Of a DNA stretch of 64,000 nucleotides, positions 36,682-47,249 are shown in pieces. The DNA comes from an uncultured Verrucomicrobiales bacterium. Its GTDB lineage: Bacteria > Verrucomicrobiota > Verrucomicrobiia > JADLBR01 > JAIBCM01. Each line of letters opens with the position of its first letter. Position 1 is the stretch's first letter. A model generated the notes under the pieces. It did no database searches, had not been told where the DNA came from, and saw only the letters and a program-made list of their open reading frames with translations. The DNA is taken from the NCBI GenBank assembly GCA_964435495.1, contig CAYSZK010000003.1, positions 2,870 to 66,869 of the forward strand, given 5' to 3'. The position numbers were made by a program, and so were the translations under genes.

Positions 36682-38445
36682 TCAGGCCGTGGCCGGGCGG
36701 CAGAGGGCTTCCGCGAGATCGAGATCGAAGGTTTCGCCCGCGTGCTCGAAGCGGCAGTGAAACCCGTCTTCGCGCCAGTGGGCGGGTTGGTCCGTGGGGG
36801 TGAGCAGGACGGCGACGCGGGCGCTGGGATGGTCGTGGCGCGGATGGTAGGTGAGCGTGTGGATGGGCTGGTTGTCCCATTCCCAGGAATCGATCCGGCC
36901 TGGGCGCGTGGCGCCGAGCCAGTGGCCGCGGAGGTTGAGGTGGCCGAGTTGGAGGCGGAAACCGCCTTCGTGAAGTTCGGGCGCGGCGGGCAATTGGAGG
37001 TGGCCCGCCGCGCCGGCGCGGAGGCCGTGGCGGGCGAGCAGATCGTCCACGATGAGGAGCCAGCCCTTGGGCGAGGCGAGGACATGGCGGTAATGAAAGT
37101 TGAGGATATGGGGATGGACTTCCGTGAGGTCGCAGGCGAGGTGGAGGGTCGTTGTGCCGGGGATTTCGCGGGCGCGGAAGAGGCGGGCGGTCGCGGCGGC
37201 GGCCTGGTCGAGTTTGCGGAGCGCGAGGCAATTGTGCTGGTGGGCGGCGGAGGCGAGGTAGCCCGGGTCAAGAAGGACGCGCCGGTCCTGGATGCCGAAT
37301 ATGATCTGGCCGAGGTCGCGGTTGGTGTGGTTTCCGCCGGTGGTGCCGGAACGGAAACCGAGCCAGGCGCCGCCGCGGCGCCAGGCGGCCCAGTCGATGC
37401 CGCGGAAATGTTCGAGGCCCGTCCTGGGCGCGGGCGGGGTTGAAGGCTGTCCGGGTTCGCGGAGCCAGAACGCTTCGAGGTCGAGGAAGACGCCGTTGGT
37501 GTCGCGCCAGTCGCGTTGATGGGCGTCTTCAAATCCCGTCCAGTCAGGCCGGTTGCAGCGGTTCGCCCACCAATAGACATGGGGGCAGCGCCATTCGTTG
37601 GAGCGCGCGTTGCAGTTGGAGAAGTTCAGGGGGAGCCCGTCGCCGCCGAGCATGGCCATCCGGAAATCAATGTTTTGGAGGAAACGGCGGTGGGTGGAAA
37701 GCCCGAGGTCGTCGCCGGTGAGGCGGTGCAGGGCGGCGGCGAAGTCGGTGAGATGGGCCAGGGTGGTGGCCTGGTACATGATGCCTTCGATCCAGCCGCC
37801 GCCCTCGGGATAGGCGTCGATCACGAATTGGAGGCCGTCACGGGCTTCGGCCAGGGCGCGTTGGGCGAGGGCGGGATGGGTGTCGCGGAGGGAAAGCGCC
37901 GCAAGGCCGGCGGCGCCGTGAACGGCGGCGCCCCAGTTGAACTCGGCGTGGCGCCACCATTCGCGCTCGTCGATGCCACGGAGGTACGCGGGGAGGAACC
38001 AGTCGGCGAGCATGGCGGTGAGCTGGGCGTCGCGGCTGGGGCCGAGTTCCCCGGCCAGGGCTTCGCGGGCGAAACAGGCGCAGAAGGCGAGGTCGCCGGT
38101 CTTGAGATCGGCGTGGTGGAGGCCGGAACCGGCGAACTGGACCTTCCAAAGGGAGCGGTCGAGCAATTGATCGACGGCTTCGAGGGCCATGGCGCGGGAG
38201 GCGGGTTGGGCGGCCAGGCGCCAGGAGACCGCGGCGCGGACGAGGCGGTGTTTGAGGATGCGCCAGTTCCAGGGGTTGCGCTCGCCGCCGGCGCCAAGGG
38301 TGGCCTCGACCTCCCAGAACGGCGACTGGCCAAGGATGGCGAGCGCCTTCTCGTTGTTCGCGTGGAGCGTGGCGAAGAAGGGATCGGAGAGGCGCTGTTT
38401 GAGGTTTTGCCAGCCGTCGGGGTCGAGGAACAGGCCTTGGGGCAT
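36682..38445 (-). CDS. Heparinase II/III-like (polysaccharide lyase family) protein
   Basis: The alpha/alpha toroid plus beta-sandwich layout and its composition resemble Hepar_II_III and alginate-lyase-like proteins. I base this on overall similarity, not on specific catalytic residues. Confidence 0.5.
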   Translation of the reverse strand: MPQGLFLDPDGWQNLKQRLSDPFFATLHANNEKALAILGQSPFWEVEATLGAGGERNPWNWRILKHRLVRAAVSWRLAAQPASRAMALEAVDQLLDRSLWKVQFAGSGLHHADLKTGDLAFCACFAREALAGELGPSRDAQLTAMLADWFLPAYLRGIDEREWWRHAEFNWGAAVHGAAGLAALSLRDTHPALAQRALAEARDGLQFVIDAYPEGGGWIEGIMYQATTLAHLTDFAAALHRLTGDDLGLSTHRRFLQNIDFRMAMLGGDGLPLNFSNCNARSNEWRCPHVYWWANRCNRPDWTGFEDAHQRDWRDTNGVFLDLEAFWLREPGQPSTPPAPRTGLEHFRGIDWAAWRRGGAWLGFRSGTTGGNHTNRDLGQIIFGIQDRRVLLDPGYLASAAHQHNCLALRKLDQAAAATARLFRAREIPGTTTLHLACDLTEVHPHILNFHYRHVLASPKGWLLIVDDLLARHGLRAGAAGHLQLPAAPELHEGGFRLQLGHLNLRGHWLGATRPGRIDSWEWDNQPIHTLTYHPRHDHPSARVAVLLTPTDQPAHWREDGFHCRFEHAGETFDLDLAEALCRPATA

Positions 38446-38547
38446 GGCCGGAGCATGGCGGACGGGCGGCGGAGGGCGAGCCCCGTGTTCTGAATGCTGA
38501 TACAGAGACGGAACGGCGGGAGGGCGGGAGCTGCGGTTCCTGGCGTT

Positions 38548-39546
38548 TTACTTGGGGAGGGCGCCGCGGACGAGGGGGAGGACGCGGGCGACAGCGGCGT
38601 CAAGGGGGCCGGGCAGTTCGGCGCCGGCGGCTTCGCGATGGCCGCCGCCGCCGAGGGTGACGGCGATTTCGTTGACGTTGACGCGGCCTTTGGCGCGGAA
38701 ACTCATCTTGATCGTCCCGTTCTTGCGTTCTTCGAAGGCGATGGCGACATCGACGCCTTCGGAGGAGATGATCGATTCGATGAGGCCTTCGGTGTCTTCG
38801 GCGCGGGCGCCGGAGTCCTCGTACATGGCGCGGGTGATGGGGTACCAGGCGATGCGCTCGCCGCATTCGAAGGCGAGGTGTTGGAGGATTTCGCGGAGCA
38901 GCTTGGTGCGGCGGAGGGGAAACGAGCCGTAGCAGGCGTGGCTGAGCTCGGCGATGGGGGCGCCGGCGGCGGAAAGAGCGGCGGCGACTTCGAAGGTGCG
39001 GGTGGTGGTGTTGCGGTACTTGAAGGAGCCGGTGTCGGTGGAGATGGCGACGAAGAGGTTGGAGGCGATGGCGGGGGATACGGGCCAGCCGGCGGCGAGC
39101 ATGAGTTCGAAGAGAATCTGGCCGGTGGCGGGAACGGAGGGGTCGATGAGATTGAGGGCACCGAAGCGTTCGTTGCTGACGTGATGGTCGATATTGAGCC
39201 AGACCGGTTTGTTCCAGGAGGTGAACGCGGCGCCGAGGCGCGGAGCGGCGGCGTTGTCGAGGGCGACGATGGCGTCCACGTCCGGCGCCGTTTGGGGCGG
39301 GCGCTCGACGCGGGCGGCGCCGGGGAGGAAGGCGTAGCGTTCGGTGAGCCCGTCTTCGAGGAACAGGCGGACGCGTTTGCCGGCGTTTTCCAGGGCGAGG
39401 CCAAAAGCGATGAGGCTGCCGCAGGCGTCGCCGTCGGGGCGGACGTGGGAGAGAAGGGCGAGCGAGTCGAGGCGCTGGAGTTGGGCGAGGGCGCTGGTCC
39501 ATTCGCCGAGGAGGGCGGGATCGATTTGGGGGTTGCGGGCGGGCAT
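38548..39546 (-). CDS. nrnA: DHH-family phosphoesterase (bifunctional oligoribonuclease / pAp phosphatase NrnA-like)
   Basis: DHH motif context (HVRPDGDACGS, NIDHH), a DHHA1-like C-terminus (GGGHREAAG) and the GGGH motif. I confirmed the ATG at 39546. Confidence 0.75.
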   Translation of the reverse strand: MPARNPQIDPALLGEWTSALAQLQRLDSLALLSHVRPDGDACGSLIAFGLALENAGKRVRLFLEDGLTERYAFLPGAARVERPPQTAPDVDAIVALDNAAAPRLGAAFTSWNKPVWLNIDHHVSNERFGALNLIDPSVPATGQILFELMLAAGWPVSPAIASNLFVAISTDTGSFKYRNTTTRTFEVAAALSAAGAPIAELSHACYGSFPLRRTKLLREILQHLAFECGERIAWYPITRAMYEDSGARAEDTEGLIESIISSEGVDVAIAFEERKNGTIKMSFRAKGRVNVNEIAVTLGGGGHREAAGAELPGPLDAAVARVLPLVRGALPK

Positions 39547-39644
39547 GAGGCGAAAGGGGTTACCTGTTTGGCGCCGGAAAGGGAATGGCAAAGTCGCGGG
39601 TCGGAGGGAGGGCGCGGGTTGGGTGGCGCGCGGCGTGTTGTGGT

Positions 39645-40628
39645 TCAGTAGGCTTGGGTGGGGCCGGGTTCGGGGTGGGGTTGGGAGCGGGTGTGCGATC
39701 TCCAGGCGAGGATGGGGTGGAAGATGGCTCGGGCGGTGTTGCGAACGCCGTGGCGGAGGAGCGTGCCGAAGGCGAGCATGAGGCCGATGGCGACGATGAA
39801 GACGAGGTACCCGGAAAAATCGTGGTAGGGACCGGCGGCGAAGCCCTGGCTGAAGGCGACGGCGACAATGGCGATGGTGGTGACGCGGGCCATGTTGCCG
39901 ATGACGGCGAGGGGGAAGGCGGAGAGGAAGAGGGCGAACTGCTTGAGGAGCGTGCGCTGGCTGAGGTGGGCGTAGAGCGCGGCGAGCATGGTGAGGGCGA
40001 AGAGCGAGCGTATGCCGGAGCAGGGGTCGGCGACGTCGAGGGAGAAGACGCGTCCGGCGGGGATGCCGAGGGGGGGGTTGGGGGCGGAGAGGAGGGCGGT
40101 GCCGTTCTGGAGGGTTTCGATGCCGATGAGATTGAGGAGGGCGGTGGAGGCGGTGGCCATGATCATGCGCAGGGGGAAGGCGACGAGATTGTCGAGGAAG
40201 AGCAGGGGCCAGGCAAAGAGGAGGAAGGCCCAGGGGAAGGCAATGAGGCCGAAGATGCGCCGGCCGAAGAACCAGAGGACAAGCGCGGCGGCGAGGAGTT
40301 GGATGGAGGCGTAGCCGAGGTAGTAGTTGTCGGCCCGGTACCCGGTCCAGTAGAGCAGCTCGGCGAGGCCCAGGGCGAGGCCACCGAGAATGGCGTCGGG
40401 GCGTGGCGGGGCGGACGTGAGAAGGGGGCGCTTGCGCCAGATGAGCCAGGCGACGAGGGGCGGCACGAGAAGGCAATGCTGCCAGTCGGTGGTGTTAGCG
40501 TAGGCCCAGACGAAGAAGCTAAGAGATTGGCGTTCGGACCCGGCGCCTTGGGCGTAGGGGACCAGGGCGAGATGGACGGCGAGCAGCCCGGCGATGAGAA
40601 GCCATGGCCACGGCGGGCCGGCGCGCAC
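39645..40628 (-). CDS. Exosortase (EpsH/Xrt family)
   Basis: Polytopic membrane protein with the hallmark DPCSGIRSL active-site motif and a conserved Arg/Asn region. The start is GTG at 40628 or ATG at 40790. Confidence 0.75.
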   Translation of the reverse strand: MRAGPPWPWLLIAGLLAVHLALVPYAQGAGSERQSLSFFVWAYANTTDWQHCLLVPPLVAWLIWRKRPLLTSAPPRPDAILGGLALGLAELLYWTGYRADNYYLGYASIQLLAAALVLWFFGRRIFGLIAFPWAFLLFAWPLLFLDNLVAFPLRMIMATASTALLNLIGIETLQNGTALLSAPNPPLGIPAGRVFSLDVADPCSGIRSLFALTMLAALYAHLSQRTLLKQFALFLSAFPLAVIGNMARVTTIAIVAVAFSQGFAAGPYHDFSGYLVFIVAIGLMLAFGTLLRHGVRNTARAIFHPILAWRSHTRSQPHPEPGPTQAY

Positions 40629-40767
40629 GCGCGGCTCCGGCAAGGAAATGGCTGCCTGGCTATGGTCCACGAACCGGCAATCAAAGCGTAAAACCGGGTC
40701 CTTGTCTAATAGCGGTTTTAAGCGGGAGAGGGGGAGTGGGGGGCGGCAAAACCCTTCCGGACAAACG

Positions 40768-41742
40768 TTAGGAAGCGCCTGGACGGCCATGCGCTCGCTC
40801 CACTGCCCTCGTGCGGACGAGGCGCCCTTTGAGAATGGCCGCCAACGTCCCAGGGATCATGCTCTTGACCGTGAACGTCATCCGGTCCAGCGGGGTTCCC
40901 ACAAGATACTTGTTGCAGACTGGGAAAGCGCTGCGCCTGCTCCTGTCGATGTCACCTCCGGAATCCATGTACACATCGTAATCAATGAACAAGCCGGCCC
41001 GGTCCCTGTTCCTCAAGGGCCTGTGGCAGACAACACCGGTGCAATGCTCCCAGTATTCAAGGGGAAAACAAATCTGGCCTGAGCCGTCATCGATCAGATC
41101 ATTTCGGATGAAAAACGCATCCAAGGCGGGAACAACCCAAAGGAGCGAGTAGCCGTGACGGGCGGCAACACTGTTTAGCGCCTTGAGGGAAGCCCCGTAG
41201 CCCCTGTCACCTTCCCATCTTTCATTTGAATCGTTCGGGAATGTGATGGCCGCGTGAAGCGGGAAGTGCGCGTTGTATTCAACGGAGAAGAGCATTGCCC
41301 TGTACTCGTGCAACAGGGCATCGAAGAGCCACAGGTCGGTGGAGTCCACATCAATCGAGATGTACTCGGGCTCCCGTGGCACATTGTGCAGCCTGAAGAC
41401 ATCACAGATATTGGATGATGTCAGAAAATGGCGGTGGAGAGTGATCTGTGGATTGTCATGCTCGCCATCCAAAAGAAGGGACTGCCAGTGTTTGTCGAGT
41501 ATCAAGCGGGCGGTATTGGATCCGGAGCCGTGGGTGAGGCTGGTCGAATTGAATCCGAATTCCACACAGAACGGAACACGATTTCTGGTGCCGATGTTGT
41601 TGAACACGAAGTCGAGTAGTTGATCCTGATGGGACTGGGAATATACCCCGGTTTGGAAGGTCATTCGGCCCAAGTCTTGCAACCAAGCTTTCACCCAATC
41701 TATTCCGTTAGCCGCATGGCAAGCAGTGATAGTGGACAACAC
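40768..41742 (-). CDS. Hypothetical protein, possibly an FkbM-like methyltransferase; locally lower GC
   Basis: Weak FkbM-like patterns (CVEFGFNSTSL, YISIDVDSTDLWLFDAL...EYN). GC is clearly lower than in its surroundings, and its K/N/Y/F content is unusual for this window. Confidence 0.4.
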   Translation of the reverse strand: MLSTITACHAANGIDWVKAWLQDLGRMTFQTGVYSQSHQDQLLDFVFNNIGTRNRVPFCVEFGFNSTSLTHGSGSNTARLILDKHWQSLLLDGEHDNPQITLHRHFLTSSNICDVFRLHNVPREPEYISIDVDSTDLWLFDALLHEYRAMLFSVEYNAHFPLHAAITFPNDSNERWEGDRGYGASLKALNSVAARHGYSLLWVVPALDAFFIRNDLIDDGSGQICFPLEYWEHCTGVVCHRPLRNRDRAGLFIDYDVYMDSGGDIDRSRRSAFPVCNKYLVGTPLDRMTFTVKSMIPGTLAAILKGRLVRTRAVERAHGRPGAS

Positions 41743-41949
41743 ATTGGGACACGGAAGACTCCGGCCCTGCGGTAGCGCAAGGCATACGCAACTCCACGCG
41801 CCAATCCTGGCAGAATGGCTGGACGCGCGGGCGTGTCAAGCGTTTCGGGGGATTGTTTCGGGGGATTGGCGGCGGCAGTGCTCCCGGCACGCCTCTCGAA
41901 GGAGTTCCGGCGGGAACGGATACTCCCGCAGGGGAGACCGGGACAGGCA

Positions 41950-42759
41950 TCAGCCGCGCTTGATCTCATGCGGAGGCTGGCGTTCCGGTGGTTTGAACTG
42001 TTCGCGGGCCCAATGCCAAAGGAAACGGGGGATCATGCGGGCGTAGCGGGGGCCGAGGCGCAGGGGTTCGGAGCATGCCCGGAAGAGCCATTCGAGGCCG
42101 GTGCGTTGCATCCATCGGGGGGCCTGGCGGACGGCGCCGGCGTGGAAATCGAACGCGGCGCCTGTGCCGATCATGATTCCGCGGCTTAGAGTCGGCGCAA
42201 GATCCGCCATGAGGAGTTCCTGTTTGGGGGTGCTTAATCCGATCCAGATGAGGTCGGGTTTGAGTTGGCGGATCGTTTCCAGGAAACTGGTCCGGACAGG
42301 CTCGGGCCATGGCCCGAAGGGGGGCGTCCAGGTTCCGGCGAGGTCGAGGCCTGGGAATTGTTCGCGCATGCGGGCGGCGAGGGCATCGGCGATGCCGGGT
42401 TTGCCCCCGGCAAGAAAATGCCGCCAGCCGTGCGCCCGTCCGCGATCCATGAGCAGGAGCATGAGATCGGGGCCGTACACGCGGTCCATGTCCCGGTGGC
42501 CGCGGAGGCGCCCGATCCAGACAAGCGGCATGCCGTCTGGGGTGACCAGAAAGGCGCCGTTGAGGGCGGCGCGGAGGGCGGGATTGTCAAGGGCCTCCGT
42601 GATGCCATGGACGCCGGTAACGGCGATGTAGCCGGTTCTGCCCGATGCGAGTGCGGCGGTGACGGCGGCTAGGGTGGTATCGAGGTTGAGGATGCTGACG
42701 GGGGTGCCGAGGATGGGGGTGGTCCGGGCGGCGGGCCGGGAAGTGGTGTCGGAGGTCAT
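41950..42759 (-). CDS. WecB/TagA/CpsF-family glycosyltransferase
   Basis: ILNLDTTLAAV...YIAVTGVHG...FLVTPDGMPLVWIGRL...PKQELLMADL are conserved family motifs. The ATG at 42759 overlaps the upstream GT4 stop by 4 bp. Confidence 0.75.
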   Translation of the reverse strand: MTSDTTSRPAARTTPILGTPVSILNLDTTLAAVTAALASGRTGYIAVTGVHGITEALDNPALRAALNGAFLVTPDGMPLVWIGRLRGHRDMDRVYGPDLMLLLMDRGRAHGWRHFLAGGKPGIADALAARMREQFPGLDLAGTWTPPFGPWPEPVRTSFLETIRQLKPDLIWIGLSTPKQELLMADLAPTLSRGIMIGTGAAFDFHAGAVRQAPRWMQRTGLEWLFRACSEPLRLGPRYARMIPRFLWHWAREQFKPPERQPPHEIKRG

Positions 42760-43988
42760 GTGCGGCGTGTCGTTTGGGCATGGGCGAGAATGGCGCGGAA
42801 GCGCGCGAGCCATTCTTCCGGGGAGGCGTGGGTTTCGAGCCAACGTCTTCCAGCTTCTCCCATGGTTTGAATCCGGTTCGGCTCGGCCTCGAGCCGCGCG
42901 ATGCTCCGGGCGAGATCCCCGGCGTCGTTGGGTGTGTGGAGAAATCCGGTGGTTCCATCGGCGACCGTTTCAGCCAAGCCGCCGCTGCAGGCCGCGAGAA
43001 CCGGGCGGAAATGTTCATACGCTTCGTACACGACCAGGCCCAAGGGTTCCCACCAGACGCCGGGGACGATGACGCCGCGGGAGCCGGCAAGGAGCCGATG
43101 TTTGTCCGCGCCGTTCGTCCAACCCACGAGGGAGATGAGGGGATTGGTCAGTGCCGCCGAGTGCACGGTGGGCGCGAGTTCGCCCGTGCCGGCGATAACG
43201 AGGCGTGGACAGGCCGGGCCAAGCTGGCCGCGAAGCAGAGACCAGGCCCGGAGGAGGCACGGAACACCCTTTTCGGGGATCAGGCGGCCGAGAAACAAGT
43301 AGTAGTCGCCGGGCGGGGACGGGGCATGGACGGCGGGCTCCCAGAAGTGGCGAAGGGCGAAGACGCGGTCCGGGAGCAGGCCGGCCTCGACGAAACGCTT
43401 CCGGGCAAAGTCGGAGATGGCGATCCAGGATTGCACACCTTGATGCCAGCGGCTGGCGCGCAACCGGGCAAGGGCAACGCCGAGGAGGGCGGTTGCTGCG
43501 CGCGAATGCCGCCAGGAGCGATGAAGGAGTTCGCGCAGGAACGCGGGGCGCAGCGGATCGGTTGCCACCGCGCCACGAAGCCAGTTGGAACCGCTGATGG
43601 AGTAGGGGCGCCAGTTGTGGAGGAACTGGACGGCGGGAACCCGAAGCCGGCGCGCTTCCTCGTAAACGGAGCAGGAGGCGGCCGGGAAGACATTATGGAT
43701 GAGCCAGATATCCGCGCGATTCTCGTTGTGGAGAGAGCGAAGGATACGGGGTGTGCGGGGATTGGAGAGTGTCCAGAGCGCCTGACGCCAGCGGGGTGGG
43801 GCATCCGGGCCGGTCCAGTCGCGGCTCTGAAACCAGGCGATGCGGGAAGAAAAATCGGGTTGCCGGTTGAGGAAGGCGTCGAGGCGGCGCACGAAGATTT
43901 CTTCACCGCCCGGTTCGGTGTAGGCGTTGAAAATCTGGAGGATGCGGATCACGGGGGAGGGTCTGCTTGTGATGGAACACAAGAGCAT
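42756..43988 (-). CDS. Glycosyltransferase family 4
   Basis: GT-B fold with a C-terminal EPLGLVVYEAYEHFRPVLAACSGGLAETV motif (E-x7-E-like). Confidence 0.7.
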   Translation of the reverse strand: MLLCSITSRPSPVIRILQIFNAYTEPGGEEIFVRRLDAFLNRQPDFSSRIAWFQSRDWTGPDAPPRWRQALWTLSNPRTPRILRSLHNENRADIWLIHNVFPAASCSVYEEARRLRVPAVQFLHNWRPYSISGSNWLRGAVATDPLRPAFLRELLHRSWRHSRAATALLGVALARLRASRWHQGVQSWIAISDFARKRFVEAGLLPDRVFALRHFWEPAVHAPSPPGDYYLFLGRLIPEKGVPCLLRAWSLLRGQLGPACPRLVIAGTGELAPTVHSAALTNPLISLVGWTNGADKHRLLAGSRGVIVPGVWWEPLGLVVYEAYEHFRPVLAACSGGLAETVADGTTGFLHTPNDAGDLARSIARLEAEPNRIQTMGEAGRRWLETHASPEEWLARFRAILAHAQTTRRT

Positions 43989-44140
43989 GCGCGAAACTAA
44001 CGCTCAACGGCAAGACGGAAGCGGCGGTTGGCCTGCTTTTCAAACATCTCCGAGTGCTCGGAACGATTCACGCTCAGGCTTGGGATGGCATCCAAGGAGC
44101 GTGCAGGGTGCACGGCGCAGATTTGCACCAGCGACCATGC

Positions 44141-44863
44141 CTACAGTCGTCGGAACGTGCCATCGATCTGCAGCAAGCGGCCGGACTTGGGATCGAAGAA
44201 CTCATGTTCGAGAAAGACAAGGCTGTAGCCTTTCCGATTCATCAGCATGCATAGGTCCGGGAAGAGCATCTCGCCCGCGTACATCGGTACAACTGAAATC
44301 TCCATTTGCACGATTTCGATTTGTGAAAGCGCGTGTTCCGCTCCCTTCAGGACGCGGCTCTCGAAACCTTGGGTGTCAATTTTTAGATAGACGCGGCTGC
44401 CGGAAGGACAGAGGCTCCCGAAGACAGAGTCGAGGGGTTTCACGGTGACGGACTCCTTTCCGACGTACCGGGATTGGGGGGCGGACTCCAAGTGGGCGGG
44501 GAGCATTTCAAGGATCGAGCTGCTGTAGGAGTTTCCCGCAATATTGATGTCCGTGGCCACCGCGAGGTCGCCAAGGGCATAATTGAAGACCTCCCATGCC
44601 GGGTCGCCGCTTGCGTTGGCCTGGAGCAACTGAAATGCGGCGGTCTGGGGTTCAAAGGAAAGAATCCTCTTCGTGTAGCGTAGATCGGAACGGAGCCTTT
44701 GGGCGAACTGCCCGGAGTTGGCGCCGACGTCCAGGACGACATCGATGCGGTGATTCGCCAGCAGTTGCCGGCGCCAAGCAATCGGATGGGAGGCCGGGGT
44801 GAATCGCGTGATGTCGTAACCCGTGTTCCAGAGGAGCGTTCGGAGTTTGTGCGTGATGCTCAC
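44141..44863 (-). CDS. FkbM-family methyltransferase
   Basis: VVLDVGANSGQF SAM-binding motif and KIDTQGFESRVLKGA, the FkbM signature. Confidence 0.7.
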   Translation of the reverse strand: MSITHKLRTLLWNTGYDITRFTPASHPIAWRRQLLANHRIDVVLDVGANSGQFAQRLRSDLRYTKRILSFEPQTAAFQLLQANASGDPAWEVFNYALGDLAVATDINIAGNSYSSSILEMLPAHLESAPQSRYVGKESVTVKPLDSVFGSLCPSGSRVYLKIDTQGFESRVLKGAEHALSQIEIVQMEISVVPMYAGEMLFPDLCMLMNRKGYSLVFLEHEFFDPKSGRLLQIDGTFRRL

Positions 44864-45084
44864 GCCGCCAGTTTCGTGATCGCTGGCGCCGGGTCAAGGC
44901 TGGAAGCGCATCGGATTGGGCGCCGCGCAAAACTTCTTTCCGGTCCGGGGCGCGGTGGTATGGTCGCGTGATGATTCATGCCGGCTTGGCCCGTCTGCGC
45001 AAGGCGTGTTCCGTCATCAGGTTGAGACCGTTTGACACTGCGACCGATGAGGGGCAAGGGAATGAGAGGCATCGGCGCATTGCC

Positions 45085-46371
45085 ATGACGGCGGCGGCAT
45101 CGGTTGCCTCGCGTGGGGTTTCCGTGTTGACCGGCTTGGTGACGGTGCCGGTGACGCTCCAGTATCTGGGTGTGGAACGCTACGGGCTGTGGATCACGAT
45201 TTCCTCGTTGTTGCTCATCTTGAACGCTGCGGATCTTGGGTTGGGCAACGGGTTGCTGAGTTCCATTGCCATGGCCCATGGCCGGAACGACCGGAGCGAA
45301 ATTCGAAGGCTGGTTTCGAGCGGGTTCTTCATGTTGGCTTGTTCAGCGCTTGCGGTGGGATTGGCTGGTTTCGCAGTGCTGCCTTGGCTGGATCTGGGGG
45401 CTTTGTTCCGGCTCGGATCGAATGCGGCCATTCTCGAGGCGAGGCAATCGATCATGGTGGTATTGGTGGTTTTTATGCTCAGCCTTCCCGCGACGATTGG
45501 GATGCGCCTGCAGGAGGCGCTTCAGGAGGGGTATCGATCACATTGCACCTACATGTTTGGCAATTTGATGAGCCTCGGGTTCCTCGTGGCGGGGGTACAC
45601 TGCCGGGTCGGGCTGGGGTGGCTGGCGCTGCTGCTCCTGGCCGGGCCCTGCTTGAGTATCTGGGGACTCTGGGTGCTGGAGTTTGGGCGGGACAAGCCTT
45701 GGGCGCGGCCTTGCTGGCAAAGCGTCTCCGTGGGGACCATCCATCGTCTGTTCAAGACCGGAGGAGTTTTTCTTGCGATGAACCTCCTGACAGCCTTGGG
45801 TTACCAGACAGACAGCATCATCATCGCACGGATGCTGGGAGCCGAAGAAGTGACGACATTCGCCGTGGCGCAGCGCCTTTCCATGGTGGCGATGCTTTAC
45901 TGGGCCTTCATCCAAGCGCATTGGCCGGCTTACAGCGAGGCCATGGCCCGGGGGGACCACGCCTGGATTCGGAAGACGATTCGGCGTTCTTTGAAAGTGA
46001 GCATCTGGTGTGGAGGCGTGATCGGCGGCCTTTACTGGTTGCTGGGTGAGTGGATCATCGGCATTTGGGTTGGCCCCTCGGTGGTTCCCGGCAAGGGCTT
46101 GCTTGCGGGTTTTGCGGTTTCGATCCTGGTGACCGGTATTGTTGCCACGCACGCGGTTGTGTTGAACGCTGGATTGCTGCTGCGCAGGACACTCCATCTG
46201 TTGCTGATCACCGCTCCGGTCTCGGTGCTGTTAAAGGTGCTGCTTTGTCAGCATTGGGGAAGTCAAGGGGCCATCTGGGGGACCAATCTAGCCTTCGGCC
46301 TGCTGTTCATTCCCGTCGCGAATCGACTCATTCGGGACGCATTCTGCCGGGAGCCGCGCAAGCCGGCATGA
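45085..46371 (+). CDS. Oligosaccharide flippase (Wzx / MOP superfamily polysaccharide biosynthesis protein)
   Basis: About 12 TM helices and a Polysacc_synt-like N-terminus (LQYLGVERYGLWITISSLL). I confirmed the ATG at 45085. Confidence 0.7.
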   Translation: MTAAASVASRGVSVLTGLVTVPVTLQYLGVERYGLWITISSLLLILNAADLGLGNGLLSSIAMAHGRNDRSEIRRLVSSGFFMLACSALAVGLAGFAVLPWLDLGALFRLGSNAAILEARQSIMVVLVVFMLSLPATIGMRLQEALQEGYRSHCTYMFGNLMSLGFLVAGVHCRVGLGWLALLLLAGPCLSIWGLWVLEFGRDKPWARPCWQSVSVGTIHRLFKTGGVFLAMNLLTALGYQTDSIIIARMLGAEEVTTFAVAQRLSMVAMLYWAFIQAHWPAYSEAMARGDHAWIRKTIRRSLKVSIWCGGVIGGLYWLLGEWIIGIWVGPSVVPGKGLLAGFAVSILVTGIVATHAVVLNAGLLLRRTLHLLLITAPVSVLLKVLLCQHWGSQGAIWGTNLAFGLLFIPVANRLIRDAFCREPRKPA

Positions 46372-47249
46372 AATCCCCACCTTGTCCTGTTTGCCGGAAC
46401 ACGTCAACACGCCCATGGGGTGTGAAAGACGGTTTTGGACTCTTTCATTGCGGGAGATGCAGCCATTTGTTTGCCGATGTTGAATCCGCTCCAATGAATT
46501 TCTCCGATCCGGACCGGTTCCGGGAACGGATAACCAACGCCCTTCGCGCGTCCGACGAGGATTACTACCGGCTTCTCGTTGCTGGTGAAGCCCAAGGCTT
46601 CCAGACCCGGATCACAACGGACATGATCCTGGGACGGACTGAAGGAAGCGATGGGCGCGGCCTTTCGTGGCTCGATATCGGCTGCGGGTCCGGTTATCTC
46701 CTGGCTCAGGCTGCCTTGCGGGGTTATGAGGTGGTAGGAGTGGAACCAGGCGGGTGGGGTCGGATCGCCGCTGAAGCAAAGAAGGTCCACATCGTTGCGG
46801 GGCCCCTCACACAGAAGACGTTTGAGGGAACGTTTGACGTGGTTACCGCAACCGACGTGCTTGAGCACCAACCTGATCCGCATGCGTTTTTGGACTTGAT
46901 TCGCCACTACTTGGCCCGGAACGGCCGGAGCCACATGTCGTTTCCATGGGCTGGATCGCCACGCCGATGGATGCAGGGACCGGGCTGGAGCATGATCCTG
47001 CCGCCAACGCACTGCCAGTTTTTCACACGTCGCAGTTTCACCCGGCTTGCACGCGAACACGGCTTGGAGACGGTGAAGTTCCAAGTGTTTAACTCCGACT
47101 GTTTTCGCGGCTATCACCGTCTTGGGTTGCCGCGGGCGGCGGCCAACCGGATCGCTTCGGCCTTTGGGTGGAGCGACCAGGCACTCGTGACCGTGTGCCA
47201 CGCGGTAGATTGCGGGGGTGTTTCGCGTGGGAACGATGGCACCCCGTGA
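46368..47249 (+). CDS. Class I SAM-dependent methyltransferase with an N-terminal zinc-ribbon
   Basis: CPVC...CGRC zinc ribbon and the LDIGCGSGYL SAM motif I. The ATG overlaps the Wzx stop (ATGA). Confidence 0.7.
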   Translation: MKSPPCPVCRNTSTRPWGVKDGFGLFHCGRCSHLFADVESAPMNFSDPDRFRERITNALRASDEDYYRLLVAGEAQGFQTRITTDMILGRTEGSDGRGLSWLDIGCGSGYLLAQAALRGYEVVGVEPGGWGRIAAEAKKVHIVAGPLTQKTFEGTFDVVTATDVLEHQPDPHAFLDLIRHYLARNGRSHMSFPWAGSPRRWMQGPGWSMILPPTHCQFFTRRSFTRLAREHGLETVKFQVFNSDCFRGYHRLGLPRAAANRIASAFGWSDQALVTVCHAVDCGGVSRGNDGTP

